DNA from: Escherichia coli
Lineage (GTDB): Bacteria; Pseudomonadota; Gammaproteobacteria; Enterobacterales; Enterobacteriaceae
Length of the DNA stretch: 64,000 nucleotides
Assembly (NCBI RefSeq): GCF_044324785.1
Contig: NZ_CP172127.1
Strand: one strand, 5' to 3'
In this document: positions 1-12,393 of the stretch, piece after piece
Layout of the letters: every line of letters starts with the position of its first letter
Numbering within the stretch: the first letter of the stretch is position 1
Translations under genes and position numbers: made by a program
Notes under the pieces: generated by a model
The model's database searches: none
What the model was told of the DNA's origin: nothing
What the model saw: the letters and a program-made list of their open reading frames with translations, nothing else

Positions 1-2
1 AA

Positions 3-785
3 TATTCCTTAGGGCAAAAGTATACCGAGGATAAAAGCCGTCATAAAGATAATGGGCAAGCCATCTTTTGGCTGAAAAAAGCTGCCCTACAAGGCCATAC
101 TTTCGCTTCCAACGCCCTTGGCTGGATACTGGATCGTGGAGAAGACCCCAACTATAAAGAAGCGGTTGCCTGGTATCAGATAGCCGCGGAGAGCGGAATG
201 TCTTATGCGCATAATAATCTTGGGTGGATGTACAGAAATGGCAACGGAGTCGCACAAGACTATACGCTGGCATTTTTCTGGTACAAACAAGCTGCATTAC
301 AAGGCCATAGTGACGCGCAAAACAATCTGGCCGATCTTTATGAAGACGGAAAAGGCGTTGCTCAAAACGAGACACTCGCCGCATTCTGGTATTTGAAAAG
401 CGCACAGCAGGGTAATCGGCATGCCCAGTTTCAAATTGCATGGGATTATAACGCTGGCGAAGGGGTGGACCAGGACTATAAGCAAGCCATGTACTGGTAT
501 CTGAAGGCTGCCGCTCAGGAAAGCGTCGGCGCTTACGTCAACATCGGTTATATGTATAAACATGGACAAGGCGTTGAGAAAGATTATCAGACCGCCTTTG
601 AATGGTTTATGAAAGCCGCTGAATGCAATGACGCCACTGCCTGGTATAACCTGGCCATTATGTATCACTACGGAGAAGGAAGACCTGTCGATCTCCGACA
701 GGCTCTCGACCTGTATCGTAAAGTTCAGGCATCCGGTACCAGGGATGTCAGTCAAGAAATCCGTGAGATTGAAGATTTACTGTAA
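3..785 (+). CDS. ybeQ: Sel1-repeat (TPR-like) protein, 5'-truncated by the window edge
   Basis: ORF track 198..785; by hand the frame stays open back to position 3 with no stop; repeated Sel1-type motifs (A..G..AQ..LG..Y..G.GV..D...A..WY.KAA). Confidence 0.85.
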   Translation, partial: YSLGQKYTEDKSRHKDNGQAIFWLKKAALQGHTFASNALGWILDRGEDPNYKEAVAWYQIAAESGMSYAHNNLGWMYRNGNGVAQDYTLAFFWYKQAALQGHSDAQNNLADLYEDGKGVAQNETLAAFWYLKSAQQGNRHAQFQIAWDYNAGEGVDQDYKQAMYWYLKAAAQESVGAYVNIGYMYKHGQGVEKDYQTAFEWFMKAAECNDATAWYNLAIMYHYGEGRPVDLRQALDLYRKVQASGTRDVSQEIREIEDLL

Positions 786-798
786 GAGATAAAAACAA

Positions 799-830
799 GG
801 GCCGGGGAATTTTATTCGGCCCATATTCTC
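799..830. terminator. Hairpin between convergent ybeQ and ybeL
   Basis: GGGCCG-gggaattttatt-CGGCCC. Confidence 0.45.
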
Positions 831-855
831 TTTATTGCTGTGCGAAATCAAACCA

Positions 856-1338
856 TTAAGGCTCGAACGGGCGTCTCTGGAACTGGTCATGACCACATTT
901 CGGGCATAGCGTCAGCACTTCCGGTGTATAGATCGGGAGATGGAAATGACATTTCTCGCAGACCAGATTACCCAGCCCGACCACTTCTCCGCTGTGATAA
1001 ACCCCGTGATGATTGAGGTCCTGGAAAACTTCGCGCCATTCAAGCTGCGTTTTATCGGTGATGTCTGCCAGTTCCTGCCACAAGCTTTCTTTAATCACCC
1101 GCATAAAGACGCTGTCAGACTCTTCTTTCAGGCTCTCTTCATAGCTCATGGCGAACTCTTCCAGGTCACGTCTGACAGCTCGCGTCAGCTCATCGACCTC
1201 GGTTCGCGTTAACTCCCCTGTTTTTATTACGCGCTCGCGCGCCTGCTCCACCAGTGCGTCGATATCACGTTCGCCATTGCGCAGACGTTCGCTCAGTGAC
1301 GCGACCAGTTCACGGTAATATTGAGCAACCTTGTTCAT
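856..1338 (-). CDS. ybeL: DUF1451 family protein YbeL with C-terminal zinc-ribbon-like Cys pairs
   Basis: ORF track 160 aa; CEKCH...CPKCG motif; convergent with ybeQ. Confidence 0.85.
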   Translation of the reverse strand: MNKVAQYYRELVASLSERLRNGERDIDALVEQARERVIKTGELTRTEVDELTRAVRRDLEEFAMSYEESLKEESDSVFMRVIKESLWQELADITDKTQLEWREVFQDLNHHGVYHSGEVVGLGNLVCEKCHFHLPIYTPEVLTLCPKCGHDQFQRRPFEP

Positions 1339-1572
1339 CGTTTCATCTCCCGGGTCGTTAACTGACTATAATAATAGACGTTCTTTGTTCCTTGCTTTGC
1401 TAATACGCCCACAAACTCTGTAAATTAATGTATGAATAATCCGGGCATCATTTCAACGTCGAGTGCGCGAAAGGCTGTTTTGACGCGGACGTTTGGGCTA
1501 TGCTATGCGGATCTGAAAAACCACCTCAACGCTACATTTGTAGCCGTATTGAAAACAGGACCACTGGCTGCC

Positions 1573-4155
1573 ATGCAAGAGCAATACCGCCCGGAAGAGA
1601 TAGAATCCAAAGTACAGCTTCATTGGGATGAGAAGCGCACATTTGAAGTAACCGAAGACGAGAGCAAAGAGAAGTATTACTGCCTGTCTATGCTTCCCTA
1701 TCCTTCTGGTCGACTACACATGGGCCACGTACGTAACTACACCATTGGTGACGTGATCGCCCGCTACCAGCGTATGCTGGGCAAAAACGTCCTGCAGCCG
1801 ATCGGCTGGGACGCGTTTGGTCTGCCTGCGGAAGGCGCGGCGGTGAAAAACAACACCGCACCGGCACCGTGGACGTACGACAACATCGCGTACATGAAAA
1901 ACCAGCTCAAAATGCTGGGCTTTGGTTATGACTGGAGCCGCGAGCTGGCAACCTGTACACCGGAATACTACCGTTGGGAACAGAAATTCTTCACCGAGCT
2001 GTATAAAAAAGGCCTGGTATATAAGAAGACTTCTGCAGTCAACTGGTGCCCGAACGACCAGACCGTACTGGCGAACGAACAAGTTATCGACGGCTGCTGC
2101 TGGCGCTGCGATACCAAAGTTGAGCGTAAAGAGATCCCGCAATGGTTTATCAAAATCACTGCTTACGCTGACGAGCTGCTCAACGATCTGGATAAACTGG
2201 ATCACTGGCCAGACACCGTTAAAACCATGCAGCGTAACTGGATCGGTCGTTCCGAAGGCGTGGAAATCACCTTCAACGTTAACGACTATGACAACACGCT
2301 GACCGTTTACACTACCCGTCCGGACACCTTTATGGGTTGTACCTACCTGGCGGTAGCGGCGGGTCATCCGCTGGCGCAGAAAGCGGCGGAAAATAATCCT
2401 GAACTGGCGGCCTTTATTGACGAATGCCGTAACACCAAAGTTGCCGAAGCTGAAATGGCAACGATGGAGAAAAAAGGCGTCGATACTGGCTTTAAAGCGG
2501 TTCACCCATTAACGGGCGAAGAAATTCCCGTTTGGGCAGCAAACTTCGTATTGATGGAGTACGGCACGGGCGCAGTTATGGCGGTTCCGGGTCACGACCA
2601 GCGCGACTACGAGTTTGCCTCTAAATACGGCCTGAACATCAAACCGGTTATCCTGGCAGCTGACGGCTCTGAGCCAGATCTTTCTCAGCAAGCCCTGACT
2701 GAAAAAGGCGTTCTGTTCAACTCTGGCGAGTTCAACGGTCTTGACCATGAAGCGGCCTTCAACGCTATCGCCGATAAACTGACTGCGATGGGCGTTGGCG
2801 AGCGTAAAGTGAACTACCGCCTGCGCGACTGGGGTGTTTCCCGTCAACGTTACTGGGGCGCGCCGATTCCGATGGTGACGCTGGAAGACGGTACCGTAAT
2901 GCCGACCCCGGACGACCAGCTGCCGGTGATCCTGCCGGAAGATGTGGTGATGGACGGCATTACCAGCCCGATTAAAGCAGATCCGGAGTGGGCAAAAACT
3001 ACCGTTAACGGTATGCCAGCGCTGCGTGAAACCGACACTTTCGACACCTTTATGGAGTCCTCCTGGTACTATGCGCGCTACACTTGCCCGGAGTACAAAG
3101 AAGGTATGCTGGATTCCAAAGCGGCTAACTACTGGCTGCCGGTGGATATCTACATTGGTGGTATCGAACACGCCATTATGCACCTGCTCTACTTCCGCTT
3201 CTTCCACAAACTGATGCGTGATGCAGGCATGGTGAACTCTGACGAACCAGCGAAACAATTGCTGTGTCAGGGTATGGTGCTGGCAGATGCCTTCTACTAT
3301 GTTGGCGAAAACGGCGAACGTAACTGGGTTTCCCCGGTTGATGCTATCGTTGAACGTGACGAGAAAGGCCGTATCGTGAAAGCGAAAGATGCGGCAGGCC
3401 ATGAACTGGTTTATACCGGCATGAGCAAAATGTCCAAGTCGAAGAACAACGGTATCGACCCGCAGGTGATGGTTGAACGTTACGGCGCGGACACCGTTCG
3501 TCTGTTTATGATGTTTGCTTCTCCGGCTGATATGACTCTCGAATGGCAGGAATCCGGCGTGGAAGGGGCTAACCGCTTCCTGAAACGTGTCTGGAAACTG
3601 GTTTACGAGCACACAGCGAAAGGTGGTGTTGCGGCACTGAACGTCGATGCACTGACTGAAGATCAGAAAGCGCTGCGTCGCGATGTGCATAAAACGATCG
3701 CTAAAGTGACCGATGATATCGGCCGTCGTCAGACCTTCAACACCGCAATTGCAGCGATTATGGAGCTGATGAACAAACTGGCGAAAGCAACGACCGATGG
3801 CGAGCAGGATCGCGCCCTGATGCAGGAAGCGCTGCTGGCGGTAGTCCGTATGCTTAACCCGTTCACCCCGCACATCTGCTTCACGCTGTGGCAGGAACTG
3901 AAAGGCGAAGGCGATATCGACAACGCGCCGTGGCCGGTTGCTGACGAAAAAGCGATGGTGGAAGACTCCACGCTGGTCGTGGTGCAGGTTAACGGTAAAG
4001 TCCGTGCCAAAATCACCGTTCCGGTGGACGCAACGGAAGAACAGGTTCGCGAACGTGCTGGCCAGGAACATCTGGTAGCAAAATATCTTGATGGCGTTAC
4101 TGTACGTAAAGTGATTTACGTACCCGGTAAACTCCTCAATCTGGTCGTTGGCTAA
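1573..4155 (+). CDS. leuS: Leucine--tRNA ligase
   Basis: ORF track 1432..4155 (907 aa) trimmed to the internal ATG giving MQEQYRPEE and 860 aa; class I aaRS motifs HMGH and KMSKS present. Confidence 0.95.
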   Translation: MQEQYRPEEIESKVQLHWDEKRTFEVTEDESKEKYYCLSMLPYPSGRLHMGHVRNYTIGDVIARYQRMLGKNVLQPIGWDAFGLPAEGAAVKNNTAPAPWTYDNIAYMKNQLKMLGFGYDWSRELATCTPEYYRWEQKFFTELYKKGLVYKKTSAVNWCPNDQTVLANEQVIDGCCWRCDTKVERKEIPQWFIKITAYADELLNDLDKLDHWPDTVKTMQRNWIGRSEGVEITFNVNDYDNTLTVYTTRPDTFMGCTYLAVAAGHPLAQKAAENNPELAAFIDECRNTKVAEAEMATMEKKGVDTGFKAVHPLTGEEIPVWAANFVLMEYGTGAVMAVPGHDQRDYEFASKYGLNIKPVILAADGSEPDLSQQALTEKGVLFNSGEFNGLDHEAAFNAIADKLTAMGVGERKVNYRLRDWGVSRQRYWGAPIPMVTLEDGTVMPTPDDQLPVILPEDVVMDGITSPIKADPEWAKTTVNGMPALRETDTFDTFMESSWYYARYTCPEYKEGMLDSKAANYWLPVDIYIGGIEHAIMHLLYFRFFHKLMRDAGMVNSDEPAKQLLCQGMVLADAFYYVGENGERNWVSPVDAIVERDEKGRIVKAKDAAGHELVYTGMSKMSKSKNNGIDPQVMVERYGADTVRLFMMFASPADMTLEWQESGVEGANRFLKRVWKLVYEHTAKGGVAALNVDALTEDQKALRRDVHKTIAKVTDDIGRRQTFNTAIAAIMELMNKLAKATTDGEQDRALMQEALLAVVRMLNPFTPHICFTLWQELKGEGDIDNAPWPVADEKAMVEDSTLVVVQVNGKVRAKITVPVDATEEQVRERAGQEHLVAKYLDGVTVRKVIYVPGKLLNLVVG

Positions 4156-4169
4156 GCGCGGGAGGAAGC

Positions 4170-4751
4170 GTGCGATATCTGGCAACATTGTTGTTATCTC
4201 TGGCGGTGTTAATCACCGCCGGGTGTGGCTGGCATCTGCGTGATACCACGCAGGTTCCTTCCACTATGAAGGTCATGATCCTGGACTCAGGCGATCCGAA
4301 CGGGCCATTAAGCCGTGCGGTGCGTAACCAGTTACGTCTGAATGGTGTCGAGTTGCTTGATAAAGAAACCACGCGTAAGGACGTTCCATCCCTGCGTTTG
4401 GGTAAAGTGAGCATCGCGAAAGATACCGCATCGGTATTCCGTAACGGTCAAACAGCAGAGTATCAGATGATCATGACGGTCAATGCGACCGTGTTGATCC
4501 CCGGCCGTGACATCTACCCGATTAGCGCCAAAGTCTTCCGTTCGTTCTTCGATAACCCGCAAATGGCGTTAGCGAAAGATAACGAACAAGACATGATCGT
4601 AAAAGAGATGTACGACCGTGCTGCCGAACAGCTGATTCGTAAGCTGCCAAGCATCCGTGCTGCGGATATTCGTTCCGACGAAGAACAGACGTCGACCACA
4701 ACGGATACTCCGGCAACGCCTGCACGCGTCTCTACCACGCTGGGTAACTGA
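4170..4751 (+). CDS. lptE: LPS assembly lipoprotein LptE (RlpB)
   Basis: 193 aa; lipobox LITAGC near the N-terminus; GTG start; immediately downstream of leuS. Confidence 0.92.
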
Positions 4752-5782
4752 TGATTCGGTTGTACCCGGAACAACTTCGCGCGCAGCTCAATGAAGGGCT
4801 GCGCGCGGCGTATCTTTTACTTGGTAACGATCCTCTGTTATTGCAGGAAAGCCAGGACGCTATTCGTCAGGTAGCTGCGGTACAAGGATTCGAAGAACAC
4901 CACACTTTTTCCATTGATCCCAACACTGACTGGAATGCGATCTTTTCGTTATGCCAGGCCATGAGTCTGTTTGCCAGTCGACAAACGCTATTGCTGTTGT
5001 TACCAGAAAACGGACCGAATGCGGCGATCAATGAACAACTTCTCACACTCACCGGACTTCTGCATGACGACCTGCTGTTGATCGTCCGCGGTAATAAATT
5101 AAGCAAAGCGCAAGAAAATGCTGCCTGGTTTACTGCTCTTGCGAATCGCAGCGTGCAGGTGACCTGTCAGACGCCGGAGCAGGCTCAGCTTCCCCGCTGG
5201 GTTGCTGCGCGTGCAAAACAGCTCAACTTAGAACTGGATGACGCGGCAAACCAAGTGCTCTGCTACTGTTATGAAGGTAACCTGCTGGCGCTGGCCCAGG
5301 CACTGGAGCGTTTATCGCTACTCTGGCCAGACGGCAAACTGACATTACCTCGCGTTGAACAGGCGGTGAATGATGCCGCGCATTTCACCCCTTTTCATTG
5401 GGTTGATGCTTTGTTGATGGGAAAAAGTAAGCGCGCGTTGCATATTCTTCAGCAACTGCGTCTGGAAGGCAGCGAACCGGTTATTTTGTTGCGCACATTA
5501 CAACGTGAACTGTTGTTACTGGTTAACCTGAAACGCCAGTCTGCCCATACGCCACTGCGTGCGTTGTTTGATAAGCATCGGGTATGGCAGAACCGCCGGG
5601 GCATGATGGGCGAGGCGTTAAATCGCTTAAGCCAGCCGCAGTTACGTCAGGCCGTGCAACTCCTGACACGAACGGAACTCACCCTCAAACAAGATTACGG
5701 TCAGTCAGTGTGGGCAGAGCTGGAAGGGTTATCTCTTCTGTTGTGCCATAAACCCCTGGCGGACGTATTTATCGACGGTTGA
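4751..5782 (+). CDS. holA: DNA polymerase III delta subunit
   Basis: 343 aa; start overlaps lptE stop by 1 nt (TGATG); conserved leuS-lptE-holA order. Confidence 0.92.
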   Translation: MIRLYPEQLRAQLNEGLRAAYLLLGNDPLLLQESQDAIRQVAAVQGFEEHHTFSIDPNTDWNAIFSLCQAMSLFASRQTLLLLLPENGPNAAINEQLLTLTGLLHDDLLLIVRGNKLSKAQENAAWFTALANRSVQVTCQTPEQAQLPRWVAARAKQLNLELDDAANQVLCYCYEGNLLALAQALERLSLLWPDGKLTLPRVEQAVNDAAHFTPFHWVDALLMGKSKRALHILQQLRLEGSEPVILLRTLQRELLLLVNLKRQSAHTPLRALFDKHRVWQNRRGMMGEALNRLSQPQLRQAVQLLTRTELTLKQDYGQSVWAELEGLSLLLCHKPLADVFIDG

Positions 5783-5783
5783 T

Positions 5784-6425
5784 ATGAAATCTTTACAGGC
5801 TCTGTTTGGTGGCACCTTTGATCCGGTGCACTATGGTCATCTTAAACCTGTGGAAACGCTGGCGAATTTGATTGGTCTGACGCGGGTCACAATCATCCCT
5901 AATAATGTTCCTCCGCATCGTCCCCAGCCGGAAGCGAACAGCGTACAGCGTAAACACATGCTTGAACTGGCGATTGCCGACAAGCCATTATTTACTCTTG
6001 ATGAACGCGAGCTAAAGCGCAATGCCCCCTCTTACACTGCGCAAACACTGAAAGAGTGGCGGCAGGAACAAGGGTCGGACGTGCCGCTGGCGTTTATTAT
6101 TGGTCAGGATTCACTGCTGACCTTTCCGACCTGGTACGAATACGAAACGATACTCGACAATGCACATTTGATCGTCTGTCGGCGTCCAGGTTACCCACTT
6201 GAAATGGCGCAACCGCAATACCAGCAATGGCTGGAAGATCATTTGACACATAACCCAGAAGATCTTCACCTTCAGCCTGCCGGTAAAATTTATCTGGCTG
6301 AAACGCCGTGGTTTAACATCTCGGCGACCATCATCCGCGAACGTTTGCAAAACGGTGAATCGTGTGAGGATTTATTGCCGGAACCGGTACTGACTTACAT
6401 TAACCAACAAGGCTTGTATCGCTGA
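5784..6425 (+). CDS. nadD: Nicotinate-nucleotide adenylyltransferase
   Basis: 213 aa; nucleotidyltransferase motif [11 protein letters not shown]. Confidence 0.93.
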   Translation: MKSLQALFGGTFDPVHYGHLKPVETLANLIGLTRVTIIPNNVPPHRPQPEANSVQRKHMLELAIADKPLFTLDERELKRNAPSYTAQTLKEWRQEQGSDVPLAFIIGQDSLLTFPTWYEYETILDNAHLIVCRRPGYPLEMAQPQYQQWLEDHLTHNPEDLHLQPAGKIYLAETPWFNISATIIRERLQNGESCEDLLPEPVLTYINQQGLYR

Positions 6426-6448
6426 TACCTGTCGTTACGGAGGGCATG

Positions 6449-7060
6449 ATGCGACTGTGGTTAATTCGTCATGGTGAAACGCTAGCGAATATCGATGGTC
6501 TGTACAGCGGTCATGCTCCCACACCCCTGACTGCGCGCGGTATTGAGCAAGCGCAAAATCTGCATACGCTGCTACATGGTGTTTCCTTTGACCTGGTTTT
6601 ATGCAGTGAACTGGAACGGGCACAGCATACCGCGCGACTGGTTCTCAGTGATCGCCAGCTCCCCGTGCAAATAATCCCTGAACTCAACGAAATGTTTTTT
6701 GGCGACTGGGAGATGCGACATCATCGCGACCTCATGCAAGAAGATGCCGAAAACTATAGCGCGTGGTGCAATGACTGGCAGCATGCAATCCCCACGAACG
6801 GTGAAGGATTTCAGGCATTTTCGCAACGTGTGGAACGCTTTATCGCAAGGCTTAGTGAATTTCAGCACTATCAGAATATTTTAGTCGTCAGCCATCAGGG
6901 TGTACTGAGTCTGTTAATCGCCCGTTTAATTGGCATGCCTGCCGAGGCTATGTGGCATTTTCGCGTTGACCAGGGGTGTTGGAGCGCCATTGATATCAAC
7001 CAAAAATTCGCGACGCTACGCGTCCTCAATAGCCGTGCCATCGGGGTCGAGAATGCATGA
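6449..7060 (+). CDS. cobC: Alpha-ribazole phosphatase / histidine phosphatase family
   Basis: ORF 6446..7060; RHGET catalytic motif; start trimmed one codon to MRLWLIRHGET (203 aa), either ATG is possible. Confidence 0.88.
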   Translation: MRLWLIRHGETLANIDGLYSGHAPTPLTARGIEQAQNLHTLLHGVSFDLVLCSELERAQHTARLVLSDRQLPVQIIPELNEMFFGDWEMRHHRDLMQEDAENYSAWCNDWQHAIPTNGEGFQAFSQRVERFIARLSEFQHYQNILVVSHQGVLSLLIARLIGMPAEAMWHFRVDQGCWSAIDINQKFATLRVLNSRAIGVENA

Positions 7061-7301
7061 CTTTTCTGTTTTTTTACGGGTAAGCCGCAACGACCATTGA
7101 CAGCCCCGGGCAGGCTGATATTCTCCGCAGCCAGACTTTTTTCGCCAGACACGACTTTGTAGAAATTGTTTTACAAAAATGGCGATGCAATCTGCGGCGC
7201 GGGGTGGGATGATAGCCCACTTTCGAAAGCCGATTCGGCGACAATTGTCCCGAAATCGCCTCTGGTTCAGGTATACTGACAGACCATTTTTATCTATTTG
7301 A

Positions 7302-7637
<336 letters not shown>

Positions 7638-7640
7638 TGC

Positions 7641-8108
7641 GTGAAGCTGCAACTTGTCGCCGTGGGAACGAAAATGCCGGACTGGGTACAAACCGGTTTT
7701 ACCGAGTACCTGCGTCGTTTTCCGAAAGATATGCCCTTCGAGCTGATTGAAATTCCGGCCGGAAAACGCGGCAAGAATGCGGACATCAAGCGCATACTCG
7801 ACAAAGAGGGTGAGCAGATGTTGGCGGCCGCAGGCAAAAACCGCATTGTCACCCTCGATATTCCAGGCAAGCCCTGGGATACGCCGCAGTTAGCCGCTGA
7901 GCTGGAACGCTGGAAGCTGGATGGTCGCGACGTCAGTCTACTGATTGGCGGGCCTGAAGGGTTGTCGCCTGCCTGTAAAGCGGCGGCGGAGCAGAGCTGG
8001 TCGCTGTCGGCGCTTACCCTTCCCCATCCGCTGGTTCGCGTGCTGGTCGCAGAGAGTCTGTACCGGGCGTGGAGCATCACCACCAACCATCCTTATCACC
8101 GTGAGTGA
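7641..8108 (+). CDS. rlmH: 23S rRNA (pseudouridine1915-N3)-methyltransferase RlmH, SPOUT family
   Basis: 155 aa; GTG start 4 nt after rsfS stop. Confidence 0.92.
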
Positions 8109-8138
8109 TAAGGGAGCTTTGAGTAGAAAACGCAGCGG

Positions 8139-10040
8139 ATGAAACTACAGAACTCTTTTCGCGACTATACGGCAGAGTCCGCGCTGTTTGTGCGCCGGGC
8201 GCTGGTCGCCTTTTTGGGGATTTTGCTGCTGACCGGCGTGCTTATCGCCAACCTGTATAATCTGCAAATTGTTCGCTTTACCGATTACCAGACCCGCTCT
8301 AATGAAAACCGCATTAAGCTGGTGCCTATCGCGCCCAGCCGCGGCATTATCTACGACCGTAACGGTATCCCTCTGGCCCTCAACCGCACTATCTACCAGA
8401 TAGAAATGATGCCGGAGAAAGTCGATAACGTGCAGCAAACGCTGGACGCTCTGCGCAGCGTGGTTGATCTGACCGATGACGATATTGCTGCATTCCGAAA
8501 AGAGCGTGCACGCTCACACCGTTTCACCTCCATTCCGGTGAAAACTAACCTGACCGAAGTACAAGTGGCGCGCTTTGCCGTCAATCAGTACCGTTTTCCG
8601 GGTGTCGAAGTTAAAGGCTATAAACGTCGTTACTATCCTTACGGTTCGGCGTTGACCCACGTCATCGGCTATGTGTCGAAAATCAACGATAAAGACGTCG
8701 AACGCCTGAATAATGACGGCAAACTGGCCAACTATGCAGCAACGCATGATATCGGTAAGCTGGGCATTGAGCGTTACTATGAAGATGTGCTGCACGGTCA
8801 GACCGGTTATGAAGAGGTTGAAGTTAACAACCGTGGGCGTGTTATTCGCCAGTTAAAAGAAGTACCACCGCAAGCCGGACACGATATTTACCTGACGCTG
8901 GATCTCAAACTCCAGCAATATATTGAAACGCTGCTGGCGGGTAGCCGCGCAGCGGTGGTAGTCACCGATCCGCGTACAGGTGGGGTGCTGGCGCTGGTTT
9001 CCACGCCTAGTTATGACCCAAACCTGTTTGTTGACGGTATCTCCAGCAAAGATTATTCCGCCTTGCTGAACGACCCGAATACACCGCTGGTGAACCGCGC
9101 CACACAGGGGGTTTATCCTCCCGCGTCTACAGTTAAACCCTATGTGGCGGTTTCGGCATTGAGCGCCGGAGTGATCACGCGCAATACGACGCTGTTTGAC
9201 CCAGGCTGGTGGCAACTGCCAGGTTCGGAAAAACGTTATCGTGACTGGAAAAAATGGGGCCACGGGCGTCTGAATGTCACAAGATCGCTGGAAGAATCTG
9301 CGGATACCTTCTTCTATCAGGTGGCCTACGATATGGGGATCGATCGCCTCTCCGAATGGATGGGTAAATTCGGTTATGGTCATTACACCGGTATCGACCT
9401 GGCGGAAGAACGTTCCGGCAACATGCCTACCCGCGAATGGAAACAGAAACGCTTTAAAAAACCGTGGTATCAGGGTGACACCATTCCGGTTGGTATCGGT
9501 CAGGGTTACTGGACAGCGACCCCAATCCAGATGAGTAAGGCACTGATGATCCTGATTAATGACGGTATCGTGAAGGTTCCGCATTTGCTGATGAGCACCG
9601 CCGAAGACGGCAAACAGGTGCCATGGGTACAGCCGCATGAACCGCCCGTCGGCGATATTCATTCCGGTTACTGGGAGCTGGCGAAAGACGGTATGTACGG
9701 TGTTGCTAACCGCCCTAACGGTACAGCGCATAAATACTTTGCCAGCGCACCGTACAAAATTGCGGCGAAATCTGGTACCGCTCAGGTCTTCGGTCTGAAA
9801 GCGAACGAAACCTATAATGCGCACAAAATTGCCGAGCGTTTACGTGACCACAAACTGATGACTGCCTTTGCGCCATACAACAATCCGCAAGTGGCTGTCG
9901 CCATGATTCTGGAGAACGGTGGCGCGGGTCCAGCGGTTGGTACGCTGATGCGCCAGATCCTCGACCACATTATGCTGGGTGATAACAACACCGATCTGCC
10001 TGCGGAAAATCCAGCGGTTGCCGCAGCGGAGGACCATTAA
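8139..10040 (+). CDS. mrdA: Penicillin-binding protein 2 (elongasome transpeptidase)
   Basis: 633 aa; N-terminal TM segment; transpeptidase motifs STVK and KSGTA. Confidence 0.95.
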   Translation: MKLQNSFRDYTAESALFVRRALVAFLGILLLTGVLIANLYNLQIVRFTDYQTRSNENRIKLVPIAPSRGIIYDRNGIPLALNRTIYQIEMMPEKVDNVQQTLDALRSVVDLTDDDIAAFRKERARSHRFTSIPVKTNLTEVQVARFAVNQYRFPGVEVKGYKRRYYPYGSALTHVIGYVSKINDKDVERLNNDGKLANYAATHDIGKLGIERYYEDVLHGQTGYEEVEVNNRGRVIRQLKEVPPQAGHDIYLTLDLKLQQYIETLLAGSRAAVVVTDPRTGGVLALVSTPSYDPNLFVDGISSKDYSALLNDPNTPLVNRATQGVYPPASTVKPYVAVSALSAGVITRNTTLFDPGWWQLPGSEKRYRDWKKWGHGRLNVTRSLEESADTFFYQVAYDMGIDRLSEWMGKFGYGHYTGIDLAEERSGNMPTREWKQKRFKKPWYQGDTIPVGIGQGYWTATPIQMSKALMILINDGIVKVPHLLMSTAEDGKQVPWVQPHEPPVGDIHSGYWELAKDGMYGVANRPNGTAHKYFASAPYKIAAKSGTAQVFGLKANETYNAHKIAERLRDHKLMTAFAPYNNPQVAVAMILENGGAGPAVGTLMRQILDHIMLGDNNTDLPAENPAVAAAEDH

Positions 10041-10042
10041 TC

Positions 10043-11155
10043 ATGACGGATAATCCGAATAAAAAAACATTCTGGGATAAAGTCCATCTCGATCCCACAA
10101 TGCTGCTGATCTTACTGGCATTGCTGGTTTACAGCGCCCTGGTTATCTGGAGCGCCAGCGGTCAGGATATTGGCATGATGGAGCGTAAAATCGGCCAAAT
10201 CGCGATGGGTCTGGTCATCATGGTGGTGATGGCGCAAATTCCTCCACGCGTTTATGAAGGCTGGGCCCCCTATCTCTATATCATCTGTATTATTTTGCTG
10301 GTGGCGGTAGATGCTTTTGGTGCCATCTCTAAAGGCGCTCAACGCTGGCTGGATCTCGGTATCGTTCGTTTTCAGCCGTCGGAAATTGCCAAAATAGCCG
10401 TACCACTGATGGTAGCGCGCTTTATCAACCGCGACGTTTGCCCGCCGTCGTTGAAGAACACAGGCATCGCGCTGGTACTGATATTTATGCCCACGCTGCT
10501 GGTGGCTGCGCAGCCTGACCTGGGGACATCAATCCTCGTTGCGCTTTCCGGTCTGTTTGTACTGTTCCTCTCTGGCCTTAGCTGGCGTCTGATTGGCGTC
10601 GCAGTAGTGCTGGTGGCGGCGTTCATTCCTATTCTGTGGTTCTTCCTGATGCATGATTACCAGCGCCAGCGCGTAATGATGCTCCTGGACCCGGAATCAG
10701 ACCCACTCGGCGCGGGCTATCATATTATTCAGTCTAAAATTGCTATTGGCTCCGGTGGATTACGCGGCAAAGGCTGGCTGCACGGTACTCAGTCACAGCT
10801 TGAATTTCTCCCCGAACGCCATACCGACTTTATCTTCGCGGTACTGGCGGAAGAGCTGGGATTAGTGGGCATTTTGATTCTGCTCGCTCTCTACATTCTG
10901 CTGATCATGCGCGGGCTGTGGATAGCCGCCAGAGCGCAAACCACCTTTGGTCGCGTCATGGCTGGCGGCTTAATGCTGATATTATTCGTTTATGTCTTCG
11001 TAAATATTGGTATGGTAAGCGGTATTCTGCCGGTTGTAGGGGTTCCGCTCCCACTGGTCAGTTATGGAGGATCGGCGCTAATTGTGCTGATGGCTGGGTT
11101 CGGGATTGTAATGTCAATCCACACCCACAGGAAAATGTTGTCGAAAAGCGTGTAA
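10043..11155 (+). CDS. mrdB: Peptidoglycan glycosyltransferase RodA (SEDS family)
   Basis: 370 aa polytopic membrane protein immediately after mrdA. Confidence 0.95.
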   Translation: MTDNPNKKTFWDKVHLDPTMLLILLALLVYSALVIWSASGQDIGMMERKIGQIAMGLVIMVVMAQIPPRVYEGWAPYLYIICIILLVAVDAFGAISKGAQRWLDLGIVRFQPSEIAKIAVPLMVARFINRDVCPPSLKNTGIALVLIFMPTLLVAAQPDLGTSILVALSGLFVLFLSGLSWRLIGVAVVLVAAFIPILWFFLMHDYQRQRVMMLLDPESDPLGAGYHIIQSKIAIGSGGLRGKGWLHGTQSQLEFLPERHTDFIFAVLAEELGLVGILILLALYILLIMRGLWIAARAQTTFGRVMAGGLMLILFVYVFVNIGMVSGILPVVGVPLPLVSYGGSALIVLMAGFGIVMSIHTHRKMLSKSV

Positions 11156-11165
11156 GAGGTGCGCA

Positions 11166-12254
11166 ATGCGTAAGCAGTGGCTCGGGATCTGCATCGCGGC
11201 AGGAATGCTCGCGGCATGTACAAGCGATGATGGTCAGCAACAGACGGTAAGTGTACCGCAGCCTGCGGTATGTAACGGCCCCATAGTTGAAATTAGCGGG
11301 GCGGACCCGCGTTTCGAACCACTGAACGCGACGGCAAATCAGGATTACCAGCGCGACGGTAAAAGCTACAAAATCGTGCAGGATCCGTCTCGATTTAGCC
11401 AGGCGGGACTGGCGGCAATCTATGATGCCGAACCCGGCAGTAACCTGACGGCCTCTGGCGAAGCATTCGATCCGACACAGCTGACAGCGGCCCATCCAAC
11501 GCTTCCGATCCCCAGCTACGCCAGAATCACTAACCTGGCTAACGGACGAATGATCGTGGTGCGCATTAATGATCGCGGTCCTTACGGCAACGACCGCGTT
11601 ATTTCGCTTTCTCGCGCGGCAGCTGACCGTCTTAACACGTCAAACAACACCAAAGTTCGTATCGATCCGATTATTGTCGCCCAGGATGGTTCGCTTTCTG
11701 GTCCTGGTATGGCCTGTACCACAGTTGCCAAACAGACTTACGCCCTGCCTGCACCTCCCGATTTAAGCGGTGGCGCGGGAACAAGTTCAGTGTCTGGCCC
11801 GCAGGGTGACATTCTTCCGGTCAGTAATTCGACGCTAAAAAGCGAAGATCCGACCGGCGCGCCGGTAACCAGCAGCGGTTTCCTCGGTGCACCAACGACG
11901 TTAGCGCCTGGTGTGCTGGAAGGCAGCGAACCAACACCTGCGCCACAGCCCGTTGTTACAGCCCCCTCGACAACGCCTGCAACCTCGCCTGCAATGGTGA
12001 CACCGCAAGCCGCCTCACAAAGCGCCAGCGGCAACTTTATGGTGCAAGTCGGGGCCGTTAGCGATCAGGCTCGTGCGCAACAGTACCAACAGCAACTGGG
12101 ACAGAAGTTCGGCGTCCCCGGTCGCGTAACTCAAAATGGCGCAGTCTGGCGGATCCAGCTTGGCCCATTCGCCAGCAAAGCCGAAGCCAGTACCTTGCAG
12201 CAACGTTTGCAAACCGAAGCCCAATTACAGTCATTTATTACCACCGCGCAGTAG
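11166..12254 (+). CDS. rlpA: Septal ring lytic transglycosylase RlpA (lipoprotein, SPOR domain)
   Basis: 362 aa; lipobox LAAC; Pro/Thr/Ser-rich linker; C-terminal SPOR-like region. Confidence 0.93.
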   Translation: MRKQWLGICIAAGMLAACTSDDGQQQTVSVPQPAVCNGPIVEISGADPRFEPLNATANQDYQRDGKSYKIVQDPSRFSQAGLAAIYDAEPGSNLTASGEAFDPTQLTAAHPTLPIPSYARITNLANGRMIVVRINDRGPYGNDRVISLSRAAADRLNTSNNTKVRIDPIIVAQDGSLSGPGMACTTVAKQTYALPAPPDLSGGAGTSSVSGPQGDILPVSNSTLKSEDPTGAPVTSSGFLGAPTTLAPGVLEGSEPTPAPQPVVTAPSTTPATSPAMVTPQAASQSASGNFMVQVGAVSDQARAQQYQQQLGQKFGVPGRVTQNGAVWRIQLGPFASKAEASTLQQRLQTEAQLQSFITTAQ

Positions 12255-12393
12255 CGTAAAGCAGGCATCTGATGTGTCAATTTCTGTAAATGACGTTAAC
12301 AAAGTCACGCGGAAAGTCAGATGCCTGCCGGTAGTGCATTTGCTATAGTAGGGCACTTTTTTTAATTCCATCACGGATGTCGTAGTTCAGACC

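Noticed and set aside
1432-1572. N-terminal 47-codon extension of the leuS ORF
   Set aside because: The conserved LeuS N-terminus begins at MQEQYRPEE; the extension is the leader region and carries no aaRS homology.
2509-4188. 559-aa ORF on the minus strand
   Set aside because: Entirely antisense to leuS, whose identity is unambiguous; long antisense ORFs are common in GC-rich coding DNA and this one has no recognisable domain or start context.
8853-9824. 323-aa ORF on the minus strand
   Set aside because: Antisense to mrdA (PBP2).
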